Shown here piece by piece: positions 13,271-26,825 of a DNA stretch of 64,000 nt. Location: NCBI RefSeq assembly GCF_004010195.1, contig NC_057751.1, positions 10,224,589-10,288,588 on the forward strand, in the 5' to 3' direction. The notes under the pieces are model-generated. The model did not search any database. It had not been told where the DNA came from and saw only the letters and a program-made list of their open reading frames with translations. The stretch comes from Chiloscyllium plagiosum. Taxonomy: Eukaryota. The position numbers were made by a program, and so were the translations under genes. Within the stretch, counting starts at the first letter, position 1. Each line of letters begins with the position of its first letter.

Positions 13271-13589
13271 ATTTTGCTCTGGAGCTGTCAACTGGGAATT
13301 GTGGGCTGAAGATGACTTTTGGACTTGAGGAAACAACTTATAGTGGAAGGCCAAGAACAGACCAAGTGGGCTTCCATGTATTTGTGAGGCTCAGCCTGGA
13401 GGATAATTACAGGCTGATTATTGATTGAGATGATTCCAAAAGACAGCAACACAAGGAAGAAGATTATATTTAAAAAGATGGCAGGAGTTGGCTAGTTGTC
13501 AGTACCAGGGAATTAGTTCTGGCAAGTCTGAAAGAGCCCCTGTATTGAAAGGTATTTTGAAGCCTTAGGAAACTATGATGTGGAGGTGC

Positions 13590-15060
13590 CAGTGTTGGAC
13601 CTGAGGGCACAGCCTTAGAGGAAGGGTAAAACCTTTTTGAATGGAGATAGGGAGAGACCTAAGGGGCAACTTTTTCACCCAAGGTGGTGCATGTGTGGAA
13701 TGGGCTGCCAGAGGAAGTGGTAGAGGCTTGTACGATTGCTAGCATTTAAAAGGCATCTGGATGGGTATATGAATAGGAAGGATTTGGAGGGATGGATATC
13801 TGGTTGGCACGGATGAGTTAGACCGAAGGATCTGTTGCATGCTGTACATCTCTATGACTGTATGATTGAATGGCAGAGCAGACCCGCTAGTCTGAATGGC
13901 CTAACTTCTGCTCCAATGTCTTATGGTCTTAAAAAGCCTCAGAAATACAACCCTGCTTTCATGTTCCAATTACCTCAAAATATATGCCAACATTGCATTT
14001 GCCTTCCTAATTACCAACTCAATCTGCAAATTTTCCTTTTGGAGAATCCTGGACTAGAACTACCGAGTCCCTTTGCATTTCAGACTAATAAGGCAATTCT
14101 ACCCCCTTTGCCTACCTGCCTGCCTTTTGGACAGGATACAGCATTATGGAGACGTGGCTGCAAGGGGACCAAGACTGGGATCCAAGATGTGTATCCTTAG
14201 ATATTTGGCTCCCTCTCCTGTTCCCCTTGCAGCCACGTCTCCATAATGCCTCCCACATCATACCTGCCAATTTCAATTTGCGCCACAAGCTTATTTAGTT
14301 TGTATACTGCGTGTATTCAGATAAAACACCTTCAGTCCTGAATTTATTGTCCCTCTTTGCACTGTCATCCTTTTATCCATTATGCTTGAAGTCATACGCA
14401 TGGAAGCAAACCCTTTGGTCCAACCTGTCCATGTTCCTAAACTAAACTGATCCTACCTGCCTTTGCCCACATCCTGACAATCCTTTCTTATTCATGAACT
14501 TATCCGGATGTCTTTTAAACATGGTGACTGTATCTGCATCCAGCACACTAATTGACTGTTCATTCTACACACGATTCACTGTTACAAAAGAAAGTTGCTC
14601 CTCGTCCTTTTTAAATCTTTCTCCTCTCATCTTAAAAACATACCTCCTAGTTTTGAACTTCCCTACTATTAGAGAAAAGACTTTTGTCATTCACCTTATC
14701 TGTGCCCTTTGTGATTTTATAACCTCAATAAAGTCACTGTTCAACCTCCTATGTTTCAGTGAAAAAGGTTCCAGCCCTTCCAGTCTTTCTATATTTCAAA
14801 CCCTCCATTCCCATTCCTTCTGAGAACAGAGCGACTGGAACTGCACAGAACACTCCAGAAGAGGCCTTGCCAACATCCTGTACAACCTCAACATGACATT
14901 CCAACCATATAGCTTTTATCATCTATTCTTTTGTATAACCAACACCATTCCATTTGCTGTCTTATTCACTTCCTGTACCTGCATACCAAGTTTGTGATTC
15001 ATGTACCAGGCTATCCATATCCTTCAGTACCAGAGATCCCACATCCCTGTGTACCACCAA
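13590..15060. mobile_element. Cluster of CR1 fragments in both orientations
   Basis: CR1 3' ends on + (13590-13930) and on - (14390-15060); endonuclease-region fragment at 14090-14390. Confidence 0.7.
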
Positions 15061-15064
15061 GTTT

Positions 15065-15390
15065 TATTAGATTAGATTAGAATACTTACAGTGTGGAAAC
15101 AGGCCCTTCGGCCCAACAAGTCCACACCGACTTGCCGAAGCATAACCCACCCAGACCCATTCTCCTACATTTACCCCTTCACCTAACACTCCGGGCAATT
15201 TAGCATGGCCAATTCACCTAATCTGCACATTTTTGGACTGTGGGAGGAAACCGGAGCACCCGGAGGAGACCCACGCAGACACGGGGAGAATGTGCAAACT
15301 CCACACACACAGTTGCCTGAGGCGGGAATTGAACCCGGGTCTCTGTCGCTGTGAGGCAGCAGTGCTAACCTCTGTGCCACCGTGCCGCCC
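15065..15390 (-). mobile_element. Full-length HE1-like tRNA-derived V-SINE
   Basis: A box GGTGGCACAGAGG, B box GGTTCAATTCC, V-domain-like GTGTGGAGTTTGCACATTCTCCCCGTGTCTGCGTGGG, (TCTAA)n tail. Confidence 0.9.
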
Positions 15391-16334
15391 ACTATAATTT
15401 CTCTCCAAGTAAAATGCCATTTTCTCTTCTTTCTAGCAACATAGGCAGTTGATATTTACCACCATTTAACTCCATCTGCAACCGTTTTGCCTTTTGGATA
15501 ATTATATTCTTGCTTTCACGTTTCAGGGTTAAATATTTATGATATTTTTAGGATCTTTTATGATGTTTGTCTTTTTCTGTCAAGGTAAAGTCGCAAAATA
15601 CACTGTGAATGTAGTCTGAAAAATGTCAACTTATTATGACGAAATATGAATAAACCAATCGTGGTTGTTAAACAATGTTAATAAGCAAGCTGGGAAAAGG
15701 ACAGTATAATTTAAACATTTGCTGCAGTGAAAAGTGGTCTGTCTGAAACAGCAGTTACGTAGTGTTGTGAATGGCAAGTCTTTAAGTTGACAAAACAAGT
15801 CGTTATGTTGAGAACTGAATGAATGGTACAACTACATGCCTTGTAATTTCAATACTTTGCAAAAGCAAATGTTATTCTGCATCTCGTAAAATGTTGAAAA
15901 TTTTGTTGAATGAGGAAATGCTTTGAAATGCTCTGTAAGATTGTAATATTGTAATCTTTTGGGAAGTACAGGGAAACCCTGTGGGAAGATGTGGACTGAA
16001 ATGCCAAGATATTATTCAACAGAAATTGGGATATGATAGAAATAAGCCTTTGGGAGAGAGTGTGTGTTGAAGTGCACAGGTTTTGACAAGGAGAAAGGGA
16101 TACAAGACGCCACTCGATCTTCATTTGACATAAAGATACCCACCACATTTGAGAAGTGAAAAGTGATGGCGAAGTGATATGAGTGTTTGCCACCACTTTT
16201 GTTTAGTATCACATGAGAAAAAATTCCATTATGCTTGTCTTGCTCATGCCCTTGCTCTAGCACATGCTTCCTCAGAAACAGACCCCAAACACTCTTCCAA
16301 ATGCCATCTGACCAAAGTGATTTCTTGGTTTTGT

Positions 16335-17215
16335 TGTAACTGCCTGTGAAGCCTCATTTTCCAGTGGTCCAGTGTCCACTCATGCTTTTCTTTTAGCTTT
16401 TATTTATTGGAATAAAAAACCTCTTGCAATGTTCTTTTACATTACTAGCTAGATTACGCTCATATTTCATCTTCTCTCCCCTTTTTGGCTTTTTCAGATA
16501 TCCTGTGGTAGTTCTTAAAGGCTTTCCAATCTTCTGGCTTAAAGAGTCGTCTTCATATTGTATGCTTTTGCTTTTTGTTTTTTGCTGTCCCTGACTTTCT
16601 TGTTAGCCATGGTTAATTTGTCCTCCCCTTCATATGTTTCTTCTTCAGGATGAATTTCTGCCACTGCACTGTCATCCCTGTTAGGGTCCTCTTTCAATCA
16701 ATTCTGGCCAGCTTCTTCCTCCTGTCTTTGCAGTTATTTACTCAATTGTAATACTGTTGCATCTGATTCCAACTTCTAAAACTGCAGGGTGAATTCTGTC
16801 TTGTTTTGTCACTGCCACATACGGGCTCCTGCACCTGAAGCTTCCGAGTTTACCTCATTACACATCATCAAATTCCGAATTGCTCGTTTCCTCGTGGGCT
16901 TTACCACAAGCAGCTTCAAACATTCATCTCTTCGACGCTCCCTGAGATCTGTCTCTTTAAATCTGTGACCAACCTGATTTTCCCAGTATCCCCATCATAT
17001 TCAAATCCTCCATGATTATTATAGTAATGTCTGACACGCCTCTTCTATTTTGTGATTTAATTTCTGTCCCACTGTGAGGTAGCTTAGAAATAAGTTCCAA
17101 CAGGGGTTTCTTCCCCTCTGCAGTTTCTGACTCTGCCCACATAGAATACTACATCTTCCAACTTCGTATCTCATCTTGACATTATTTTAGTTTCATTTGC
17201 ACTAATGAGAGGATT
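16335..17215 (-). mobile_element. CR1 fragment, continuing at 21316-21750 after a nested insertion
   Basis: IIIMEDLN endonuclease remnant; sequence after 21316 continues the same order seen in the copy at 30180-31520. Confidence 0.65.
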
Positions 17216-20200
17216 CTGGGTAATTCAAGATGGAGGACAGGAACAGTTTGTGGCTGTGAGAGTTGCTCCTTTTTTGAGGTATTTCAGGTATTGCAGATGA
17301 TTTCCTTGAATTCCAGGAGCAGTAATTACTCTTTTAGAAGCTGTTGCATTGTTTTGATCTCTGGGGGGGAAAAAATCAAAACAATGGCAATTTAAAAAGG
17401 AGGAAGTGAAACAAAGGCAAGAACCACATGGTCAGAGAAAGAAGCCGACACTGCTGTTTGACACAGCAGTGAATCTGCACATTTAATGCCTTTACTGTTT
17501 GAATTCAAGTATCTTTGGACATTGGAGTGTGCCTAGGAGAAATTAACCAACAGTGAAATTCACAGCTGACCTTGGAGGAACCTTTGTGGGAGAGCTCATA
17601 GCATGGGAGATATTAAGTGCATAGTTTTAAAATGTAACTCTGCTGTTAATCTACAGTAGTGAGTAGAGTGGGTTCTTTTTTGAATATGTTTTTATTAAGA
17701 TCTGTCACTTAATTACATTTTAAAAATATAAAATATTCGTACGAAGTTAGCCTGGAGCTGTGTTTTTTAGAGCAGTAAGATGGTGCTTTTTTTCTGGGTC
17801 TGCAGATGGTTAAGGAGTAAAGATGGCCTTTATTAAGATCTGTCACTTAATTACATTTTAAAAATATAAAATATTCGTACGAAGTTAGCCTGGAGCTGTG
17901 TTTTTTAGAGCAGTAAGATGGTGCTTTTTTTCTGGGTCTGCAGATGGTTAAGGAGTAAAGATGGCCTTTCATAGTGATGTGCTCTTCCTGTTGTATTTGG
18001 GAGTTTAGGGAGAGTTTCCATGTTCCTGATTATTCTATCTACAGGAAGTGTCTTTTGTTACGAATCCCATCACATCGCGTGAAGTGGCAGTTAAAGGCAA
18101 TGAGGTATTTCAAGGAGCTAGGGGGTGTGATGGATGGTAGTTCTTGGAAGGAAGAAAAACCACAGATACAGCCAGGTAGATGGCTTATCTCCAGGAAAGG
18201 TAGGAGAAGGGAGGCAGGTAGTACAAGCGTCTCCTGTGGCTATTACCATCTCAAACAAGTATGCTGTTTTAGATAATGTAGGGACTTTCAGAGGAAGGTA
18301 GCGTGAACAGCCAAGTTTCTGGTACTGAGATTGGCTCCACTGTATCGAGGGTTACGTTAGGTTCCAAGTGATTGATTGTGATATCTCTTGTCAGAGGCAC
18401 AGACCGACCTTTCTGCAGCCAGAAGTGAAAAATCAGAATGATATGTTGCCTCCCTGCTGCCAGGATCAAGGATATCTCTGAGAGGGTGCAAAATGTTCTC
18501 AAAGGGGATATAGGGTCCAGCAGGACGTTGTTGTGCACTTTGGAACTAATGACATATGAAGGGCAAAGGATGAGATTCTGAAGGAAGCATATACAAAGTA
18601 AGGGAGAAATTTAAAAAGGAGGTCCTCATGGGAAGTAATATCTCGATTACTCCCAGTGCTACGAACTAGTGAAGGTAGGAATAGGTGTTTTGAGCAGATC
18701 AATGCGTGGCTGAGGAGCTGTTGCAGAAAACGGTTCATATTTTTGGATCATTGGAATCTCTTCTGGGGTAAAAGTGATCTTAAGAATGGATAGTACCTGA
18801 TTTGGAAGGGGACTCATGTACCAACAAGGAGATTTGCTGGAGCTGCTCAGGAAGATTTAAATGAGTAAGATGGTGGGGTGGAACTCAGGGAGGTAGTGAG
18901 GAAAGAGATCAGTCTGATACTGGTACAATTAGAAAAAGGAGCAAGTGAAACAATCAAGGGAGGAAGGAACAAAGCAGAGAATGAGGTCAGACTGGTGAAT
19001 TAAACTGCATTTATTTCAATGCAAGAGATCTAACAGGGAAGGCAGGTGAACTCAGCATGCTTAGATATCATAGCAATCATAGAGACGTGGCTCAGGGATG
19101 GACAATGACTGGCAGCCTAATGTTCCAGCATACAAATGCTGTCCAAAGAATAAAAAGGGAGGCAAGTGAGGAGGGGGAGTGGCATTTTTGACAAGAGATA
19201 ACATTATGGCTGTACTGGGGAAGGACATTCCTGGGATTACGTCAAGAGAAGTTACTTGGGTGGAACTGAGAAATAAGAAAGGGATGATCACCAAATTTGT
19301 AAGGAGATCTCAGTTATCTGTAAGAATAGTAGGTTGGTTATGGTTGTGAGTTTCAACAATATATTCCTGTTAGGGTAAAGACAAGGCCAGCAGGTGTATG
19401 GAATGCTGGCTGTCTAGAGAAATTGAGGTTTTGGTTAATAAAAAGGAAGCATCTGTCAAGTATTGACGGCAGCAATCAAGTGAATCCTTAGAGTATAAAA
19501 GCAGCAGGAGTTTCCTGAAGAGGGAAATCAGGAGGGCAAAAAGGGGACAATACATAGCTTTGGCAAATAGGGAGAAGAAGAATCCAAAGGGATTTTATAA
19601 ATACATAAAGGGCAAAAGGGTAACCAGAGAGAGAACAGGGCCCCTCAACAAGGCGACCTGCAGGAACTGCAGGAGGTGGGCTTATTATGGAAAAGAACGT
19701 GAAGATACATAATATGGGGGAATACATGGTGACATCTTGAAAAATGTCCATATTACAGAAGAAGTGCTGCTAGATAAATTCCCAGGACTTGATCAGGTGC
19801 ACTGTAGAACTCTGTGGGAAGATGGGAAAGTGATTGCTGGGCCCCTTGCTGATACACTTGTATCATCGATAGCCACGAGGTGCAAGAAGATTGGAGGTTT
19901 ATTAACATAGTGCCACTATTTAAGAAAGTGGTACGGAAAAGCCAGGGAACTGGAGATCTGTGAGCCTGACATTGGTCTTGGGCAAGTTGTTGGAGGGAAT
20001 CCTGAGGGAGTGGATTTACACATATTTGGAAAGGCAAGAACTGATTACGGATCATGAACATGGCTTTGTGCGTGGGAAATAATATTTCACTAACTTGGTT
20101 AAGTGTTTTGAATAAGTACCAAAGATAATTGATAGGGGCACAGCGATGGATGTGGTCTTTAGGGATCTTAGTAAGGCATTTGACGAGGTTCCTCATGGTC

Positions 20201-21315
20201 GACAGGTTAGCAAGGTTAGAATACAGGGTGAAGTAGCCATTTGGATACAGAACTGGCTGCAAGAAAGAAGACCGAGGGTGGTGGTGGAGGGTTGCCTTTC
20301 AGAATGGAGGCCTGTGACTTGCAGTGTGCCACAAGGATAGGTGCTTGGTCCACTGCTTTTTGTTAATTATATAAATGATTTGGATGTGAAGGTATGAGGT
20401 ATAGTTAGTAACAGATGACACCAAATTTGGAGGTATCGTGGACAGCACATAGAAGGTTTCCTCAGAGTACACTGGGATCTTGATCAGATGGGCCAGTGAT
20501 CCATGGAGTGACAGGCTAATGGTCCAAGGAGGAGCAGATGGAATTTAATTTCGATAAATGTGAGGTGCTACATTTTGGAAAGCACTTAATGGGAACATCC
20601 GGGGAGTGTTGCTAAATGAAGAGACCTTGGAGTGCAGGTTCATAGTTCCTTCAAAGTGGAGTCTCACGTAGATAGAATAGTAAAGGTGTTTGGTATGCTT
20701 TGCTTTCTTGGTCACAGCATCAAATATAGGAGTTGATAGATCATATTGCGGCAGTACAAGAGATTGGGTAGATCACTTTTGGAATATTGTGTGCAGTTCT
20801 GGTCTCCATCCTATTGGAAGGGTGTTGTGAAACTTGGAAAGGTTCAGAAAAGATCAAGATAAATGTTGCCAGGGTTGGAGGTTTTGAGCAATAGGCAGGT
20901 GCTGAACAGGTTGGGGATGTTTTCCTTAGAGTGTCTGAAGCTAAGGGGTGACCTTACAGAGGCTTTTAAAATCATGAGGGGCATGGCTAATGTAAATAGA
21001 CAAGGTCTTTTCCCTGGGGTGCATAAGTCTGGAACTAGAGGGCATAGATGTGGGTGAAAGGAGAAAAATTTAAAAGTGGCCTGAAGGGCAACTTTTTCAC
21101 TCAGGATGGGACACGTATGGAAAGAGCTGCCAGAGGAAATGGTGGAGTCTAGTAAAATTACAACATTTAAAAGGCATCTGGATGGGTATGTGAACAGGAA
21201 GGGTTGAGAAGGATATTGGCCAAATGCTGGCAAATGGGAATAGATTACTTTAGAATATCTGGTTGGTATGGACAAGTTGGACCGGAGAGTGTGCTGTACA
21301 TTTCTGTGACTCTAA
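17216..21315 (+). mobile_element. Near full-length decayed CR1 LINE (5'UTR, ORF1 zinc finger + SGNH esterase, ORF2 EN-RT)
   Basis: MCSSCCIWE...RKC zinc finger, GTND esterase block at about 18542, DVVFRDLSKAFDEVPH and SVPQG RT motifs, 3' tail gactcta. Confidence 0.9.
17691..17969 (+). repeat. Perfect 138-bp tandem duplication in the CR1 5'UTR
   Basis: tttattaagatctg...aagatggcc occurs at 17691 and again at 17829. Confidence 0.9.
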
Positions 21316-24300
21316 GACTGCCTCTTCTACGCACTTGCCCATCCCTTCCATTGGACATTTATTCTTGGATATTTAGTTCCCATCCCTGATCCCCTTGGAG
21401 CCATGCCTGTGATACCGACAGTATTGTACGCAATCCACATTTTGAGTCTGTGCTGCAAGCTCATCTTGTTTCGTATATAGCGCGCAGTTAAGTCAAAAAA
21501 CTCTCAATCCTCTCTTGACTGTCTCCTTCCTCAGAGTTGTCCCCTTACCTGCTCTGCCTGAAGTTAGATTCCTGAGCGTCTCCATATTCTCTGTCTCGTT
21601 GTTTGTTGTAGAATCTTGAATAACCTCACCATCTCGGTTGTTTTTTTAAATTCCCTAATTTTCAATGCATTTGAATACCACCACGCCCCTCTTCCTCCTT
21701 TGCCCCCAACTTCCCCACCCCCACCCCTTCTATTTCATTTAAAATCCTGTCCTGATTGTTGTTTACTGTTGTTCCTCTGACCATGAACTTTGGTCATTGT
21801 CAACTTCAGCACAGGGTAAAGGTCTCCTCGCCATAATTAAAGTTTACGAGGTTGATTGCTCTCTGGTGCTGAGGAATTTGAAGAGTTCACTGTTAGCCCT
21901 GGAGTAGGATAGATTGGAAACATCTCACAAACTATGCCAGAACATGTCTACAGTCATTTGTTTTATCAATTGAAAATATTTAATTGTGTACAATGAAAGC
22001 CGGTTAAAATTGGAACAAGACGATGGAATGCATCTTAATGCATGCGCAGACCCATTCGAAATTAGAAGTGTTTGTAACATACAATTAAAATAACTGGGAA
22101 AATTTTGAAAACTTGATAAATGTGTGCTGAAACAAAAAAAAATTGAATGTGTTGTCAGTGGTATCTCTGATTTTAACTTGTTTTTTTTTGGGGGGATTTT
22201 GGGTCAAGCCTTGCAGTTAGTCAAGAGGATCAGTTCTACTGCAGGCATGGACCCTGGATTGGCCAGCAGGAACTGGCAAGATGATAGCAGCCTAGACCAA
22301 GGGAGTGACTTTGAATCAGAAACTGGGACAGAGAGTACCAAAATAGTGCCAGTTTTTTCGTGTAAATAATGTTGAAATGAATCTTGTGCTGCTTAACAAG
22401 ATTACAGTCCTGAATAAGTTTCCACTGTGGAAGCAACACAATATAAACTCTCAATGAGGGAGCTGGGTCAGTGTCATGTGATTTGCACATTAAATGAAGG
22501 GTGTCTTGGTGATGAGAGACAAACCTTTGTGGAGTTTTACATAAACTAGGTAATTTTAAGTGAGGACCTCATGTATATGGGAACCTCCATGTATATTGCA
22601 GCATAGCTAAACTGCTTTGTGTCCATAAGGCTGCATTTATTTACCATATCTCACGAATCTTGAAATGCCATGACCTGAATGTTTTATTTCCAATTGAAGT
22701 GCACTTCTGTCATCAGTATACAAATGAAGTTTGCTTCTTTGGACAGGATGTCTACCTCAAGCACTGTAACTCTACTTTGTCCATGCCCAGGTTTCTGTTC
22801 ATGAAAAGAGGCTCCATATTGCCGGTAAATCAGCCTGCAAAACAAGTATGTTATTCCAGTTTAAATTTGTTTCAACTTTTGTTGCAACCTTCTGGTTGTT
22901 TGGAGGAGCTTGTAAGTGAGCAGAAATTTTTCCTTTGATCATTTATGCAATTTTGTCCCATTCAGTAAAATTCCCAGCTGATGACATTTAAAATGTTGCA
23001 TTAAAATATTCAAGAATGAATAATTTAAATTCGTCATTTCAGTCGTGTTTACCATTTTTATTCTGTTTATCCTTTTGCTGTACCGGGGCACAATTTTTTA
23101 TTTTCTGAAACGCAGATCCACCATCTTGGAAAATTAAATTCCATTTGTCAGTTTCTTAAATTGAATTGAAATTTGTGTATCATGCTGCCGAGCATCACAA
23201 TTTAGCTCGCAGTCTGCGGCATCTACCTGCCCGAAAATTTTGATTAAGTTTGCAACACTGAGACTGCTGTATTTGGCACTTTGTTTGTGCCCAGTTTCCT
23301 GACATTTTACTGATGTCTTCCACAACTACTTTTAGGAATTAACACCATCTGATCAGTTATGATAGTGACATTTGTTCCCATGTGTCAGCAGGGTCTACAA
23401 AGATTTTGGTTTAATGTACAGTAATTCAAGGTTTTAAAAAAAACTTGGCGAATGAGAAATGAGAAACGGCCATTCAGCCCCTGAAGGACATTTCTCTTAC
23501 TGTCCTGTTTCTCTCCTCATCGATGTATACATGTATCCTTGACGAATTCCTTCTCCCCCATCAATTTGACAGAAGTTCTTAATCACTAACTATCAAATGA
23601 GGCAATCTCTGGCAGCTTTTACCATCCATTTATTTCCCTTCAGTGCTTTTGGATATTGAGATCAGGACTGGGAGCTAAATATCCACTGATATACATCCTG
23701 TCACAAAGACAGGCAGGAGGGCAGATGGGGTGGGATTGCTTGGTAAGTGAAAATGAAATTAAATCAATAGCTGTAAATGAATTGGGATCAGATGATGTAG
23801 AATTTGTGTTGGTAAAGTTGAGGAAGTGCAAAGGTGAGAAAACCATAATCGGAGTAACCTATAGACCTCCAGACAGTAGTCAGGTTTTGGGACATGAGAT
23901 ACACCAACAGATAGAAAAGGGATATAAGTAAGGCAAGATTACAGTGATCATGGAAGATTTCAATATGTAGGTGGACGAGGAAAACCAGGTTGGTAGTGCA
24001 TCGCAAGAAAAATAACTTGTGGAATGTCTATGAGATGGCTTTTGGAGCAGCTTCTGGTGGAGTCCACTGGAGAACAGGCAATTCTGGATTTAGTGTTGTG
24101 CAATGAAGCAGACTTGATAAGGGAGCTTTAGAGGTAGTGACTATAATGTGAGAAACTTTACTCTGCACTTTGAAAGATTTGACTAGAATCAAATGTAATG
24201 GTATTACAGTTGAACAAAGGCAACTACAGAGGTATGAAGGAGAAGCTGACCATAATTGACTGGGAGAGGAGCCTAATAGGAAAGACAGTGGAAAAACAAA

Positions 24301-25353
24301 GGCCAGAGACTGTGGAAGCAATTCGAGAGAGACAGCAAAAAAAAATTCTGAGAAAGATCAGTGTACTAAGGGGAGGATGAAGCAACCATGGCTGACCAGG
24401 GAGGTCTACGACAGCATAAAAACAAAAGAGAAAGAATATTAATGCAGCCAAGGTCAGTGGGAAGCTGACAAAGACCAACAGAGAACAACTAAGAAAGAAA
24501 TAAGTCGGGAGATGATTAAATATGAGGATAGGCAAGCTGGTAATATTGGGAAAGGTTGCAGGAACTTCTTTATATATCTAAAGGGTAAAAGAGAGGCAAA
24601 AGTGGACACTGGGCTGCTGGAGAGGTAGTAATGGGGAACAGAGAAATGGCTAAGAAGCTGAATAAGTACTCTATCAGTCTTCACAATGGAAGACATGAAT
24701 AATATCCCAAAAATTCAAGGGAGTCAGGGAGCAGAGCTGTGTATGTGGCCGTTATTCAGGAGAAGGTGCGAGAAACACTGAATGGCCTAAAGGTGGATAC
24801 ATCACCTGGACCAGATGGGCTACATTCCAGAGATTCGAAGGAGATGGCTGAAGAGATAACAAAGACTTTAGTAGGAATCTCTCAGGGATCACTGGAGTCA
24901 TGGAGGGTCCCAGAGGATTGGAAAATTGCTCATGTCACCCCCTGATTTAAGAAGGGAGCAACAGAAAAAATGGGAAATTTTAGGCTGAATAGCCTGACTT
25001 CAGCCGTTGGTAAGATTTTGGAGTCCATTGTGAAGGGTTAGGTTTCTGAATACTTGGAAGTGTATGGTAAACTAGTGCAAAGTCAGCATGGTTTCATCAA
25101 GGGAAGTTATCCCTGGCAAATCTGTTAGAATTCTTTTGAGAAGCTAACAAGCAGAGCCAATGGATGTTACTTATCTGGATTTCCAGGCCTTTGTTAAGGC
25201 GCCGCATAGGAGGCTGCTGAGTAAGACATGGACCCATTGTGTCTGAGGCAGTGATGAGTGGGGATAAAGGGCTGCTTTTCAGGATGGAAACCAGTGACAA
25301 GAAGTGTTCCACAAGGAACAGTGTTGGGACCACAACTTTTCATTTTATACATT

Positions 25354-25616
25354 CGGTTCAATTCCCGCCTCAGGTGACTGACTGTGTGGAGTTTGCACGT
25401 TCTCCCCGTGTCTGCGTGGGTTTCCTCCGGGTGCTCCAGTTTCCTCCCACAGTCCAAAGATGTGCAGGTCAGGTGAATTGGCCATGCTAAATTGCCCGTA
25501 GTGTTAGGTAAGGAGTAAATGTAGGGGTATGGGTGGGTTGCGCTTCGGCGGGGCAGTGTGGACTTGTTGGGCCGAAGGGCCTGTTTCCACACTGTAAGTA
25601 ATCTAATCTAATCTAA
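25354..25616 (+). mobile_element. HE1-like SINE (starts at B box) nested in CR1
   Basis: ggttcaattccc...V domain...(taatc)n tail. Confidence 0.88.
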
Positions 25617-25951
25617 TAATCTGCATGAAGGAACTGAGGGCATTCTGGCTAAGTTTAGAGATGATATCAAGATAGATGGAGGGACAGATAGCATTGAGGA
25701 GGTGGACAGACTGCAGAAGGATTTTGACAGTTGAGGGAAGTGGACAAAGAAGTGGCAGATGGAATACAACATGGGAAAGTGTGTGGTCATGTACCTTGGT
25801 AGGAAGAATAAAAGCATGGGATATTTTCTGAACAGGGAGGAAATTCGAAAATCAGGAGCGCAAAGGGACTTGGGAGTTCTCATCCAAGATTCTCTTCAGG
25901 TAAGCTTTCAGGTTGAGTTGGTAGTTAGGAAGGCAAATGCAGTGCTATCAT

Positions 25952-26825
25952 TCATAGAGTTGTGCAGCATGGTAATAAACCCTTCATCCATGCTGGCCAA
26001 CCCGGCCCATATCCCTGTAAACCCTTCCTATTTATATACCCATCCAGATGTCTTTTAAAAGTTGCAGTTGTACAATAGCAGCTCATTCCATACATATACC
26101 CACCCGCTGCGTGAAAAAGTTGCCCCTTAGGTCTCTTTTATATCTTTCCCCTCTCACCCTAAACCTATGCCGTCTAGTTCTGGTCTCCCCCACCGCAGGA
26201 AAATACTTTGTCTGTTTATCCGAAACATGCCCCTCATGATTTTATAAGCCTGGATAAGGTCAACCCTCAGCCTCTGACGCTCCAGGGAAAACAGCCCCAG
26301 CCTATTCAACCGCTCCCTATAGCTAAAATTCTTCAATCCTGGTAATATACTTTTCAATCTTTTCTGAACCCTTTCAAGCTTCGCAACATCCTTCCTTTAG
26401 GAAGGAGACCTGGATTTCACACAATATTCCAAAAGTGGCCGAACCAATGTCCTGTACAGCTGCAACATAACCTCCTAACTGCTGTACTAAATATTCTGAC
26501 CAATAAAGGTAAGCATACCAAATGCCGCTTTCACTATACGATCTCCATGCAACCCCACTTTTGAGGAGCTATGAACCTGCACTCCAAGGTCGTGGTTCAG
26601 CAACACTCCCTAGGACCTTACCATTAAGTCCTGCTAAGATTTGTTTTCCCAAAATGCAGCACCTTGCATTTATCTAAATTAAACTCCATCTGCCACTCCT
26701 CAGCCCAATGGCTCATCTGATCAAGATCCTGTTGTAATCTGAGGTAACCTTCGCTGTGCACTACATCTCCAATTTTGGTGTCATCTGCAAATTTACTAAC
26801 TATACCTCTTATGCTCAAATCCAAC
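25952..26825 (-). mobile_element. CR1 3' fragment nested in the + strand CR1
   Basis: SKFADDTKIG and ERLNRLGLFSLE motifs. Confidence 0.88.

Noticed and set aside
15183..15420. tRNA-like sequence and short ORFs
   Set aside because: This is the tRNA-derived head of an HE1-like SINE, not a tRNA gene or protein.
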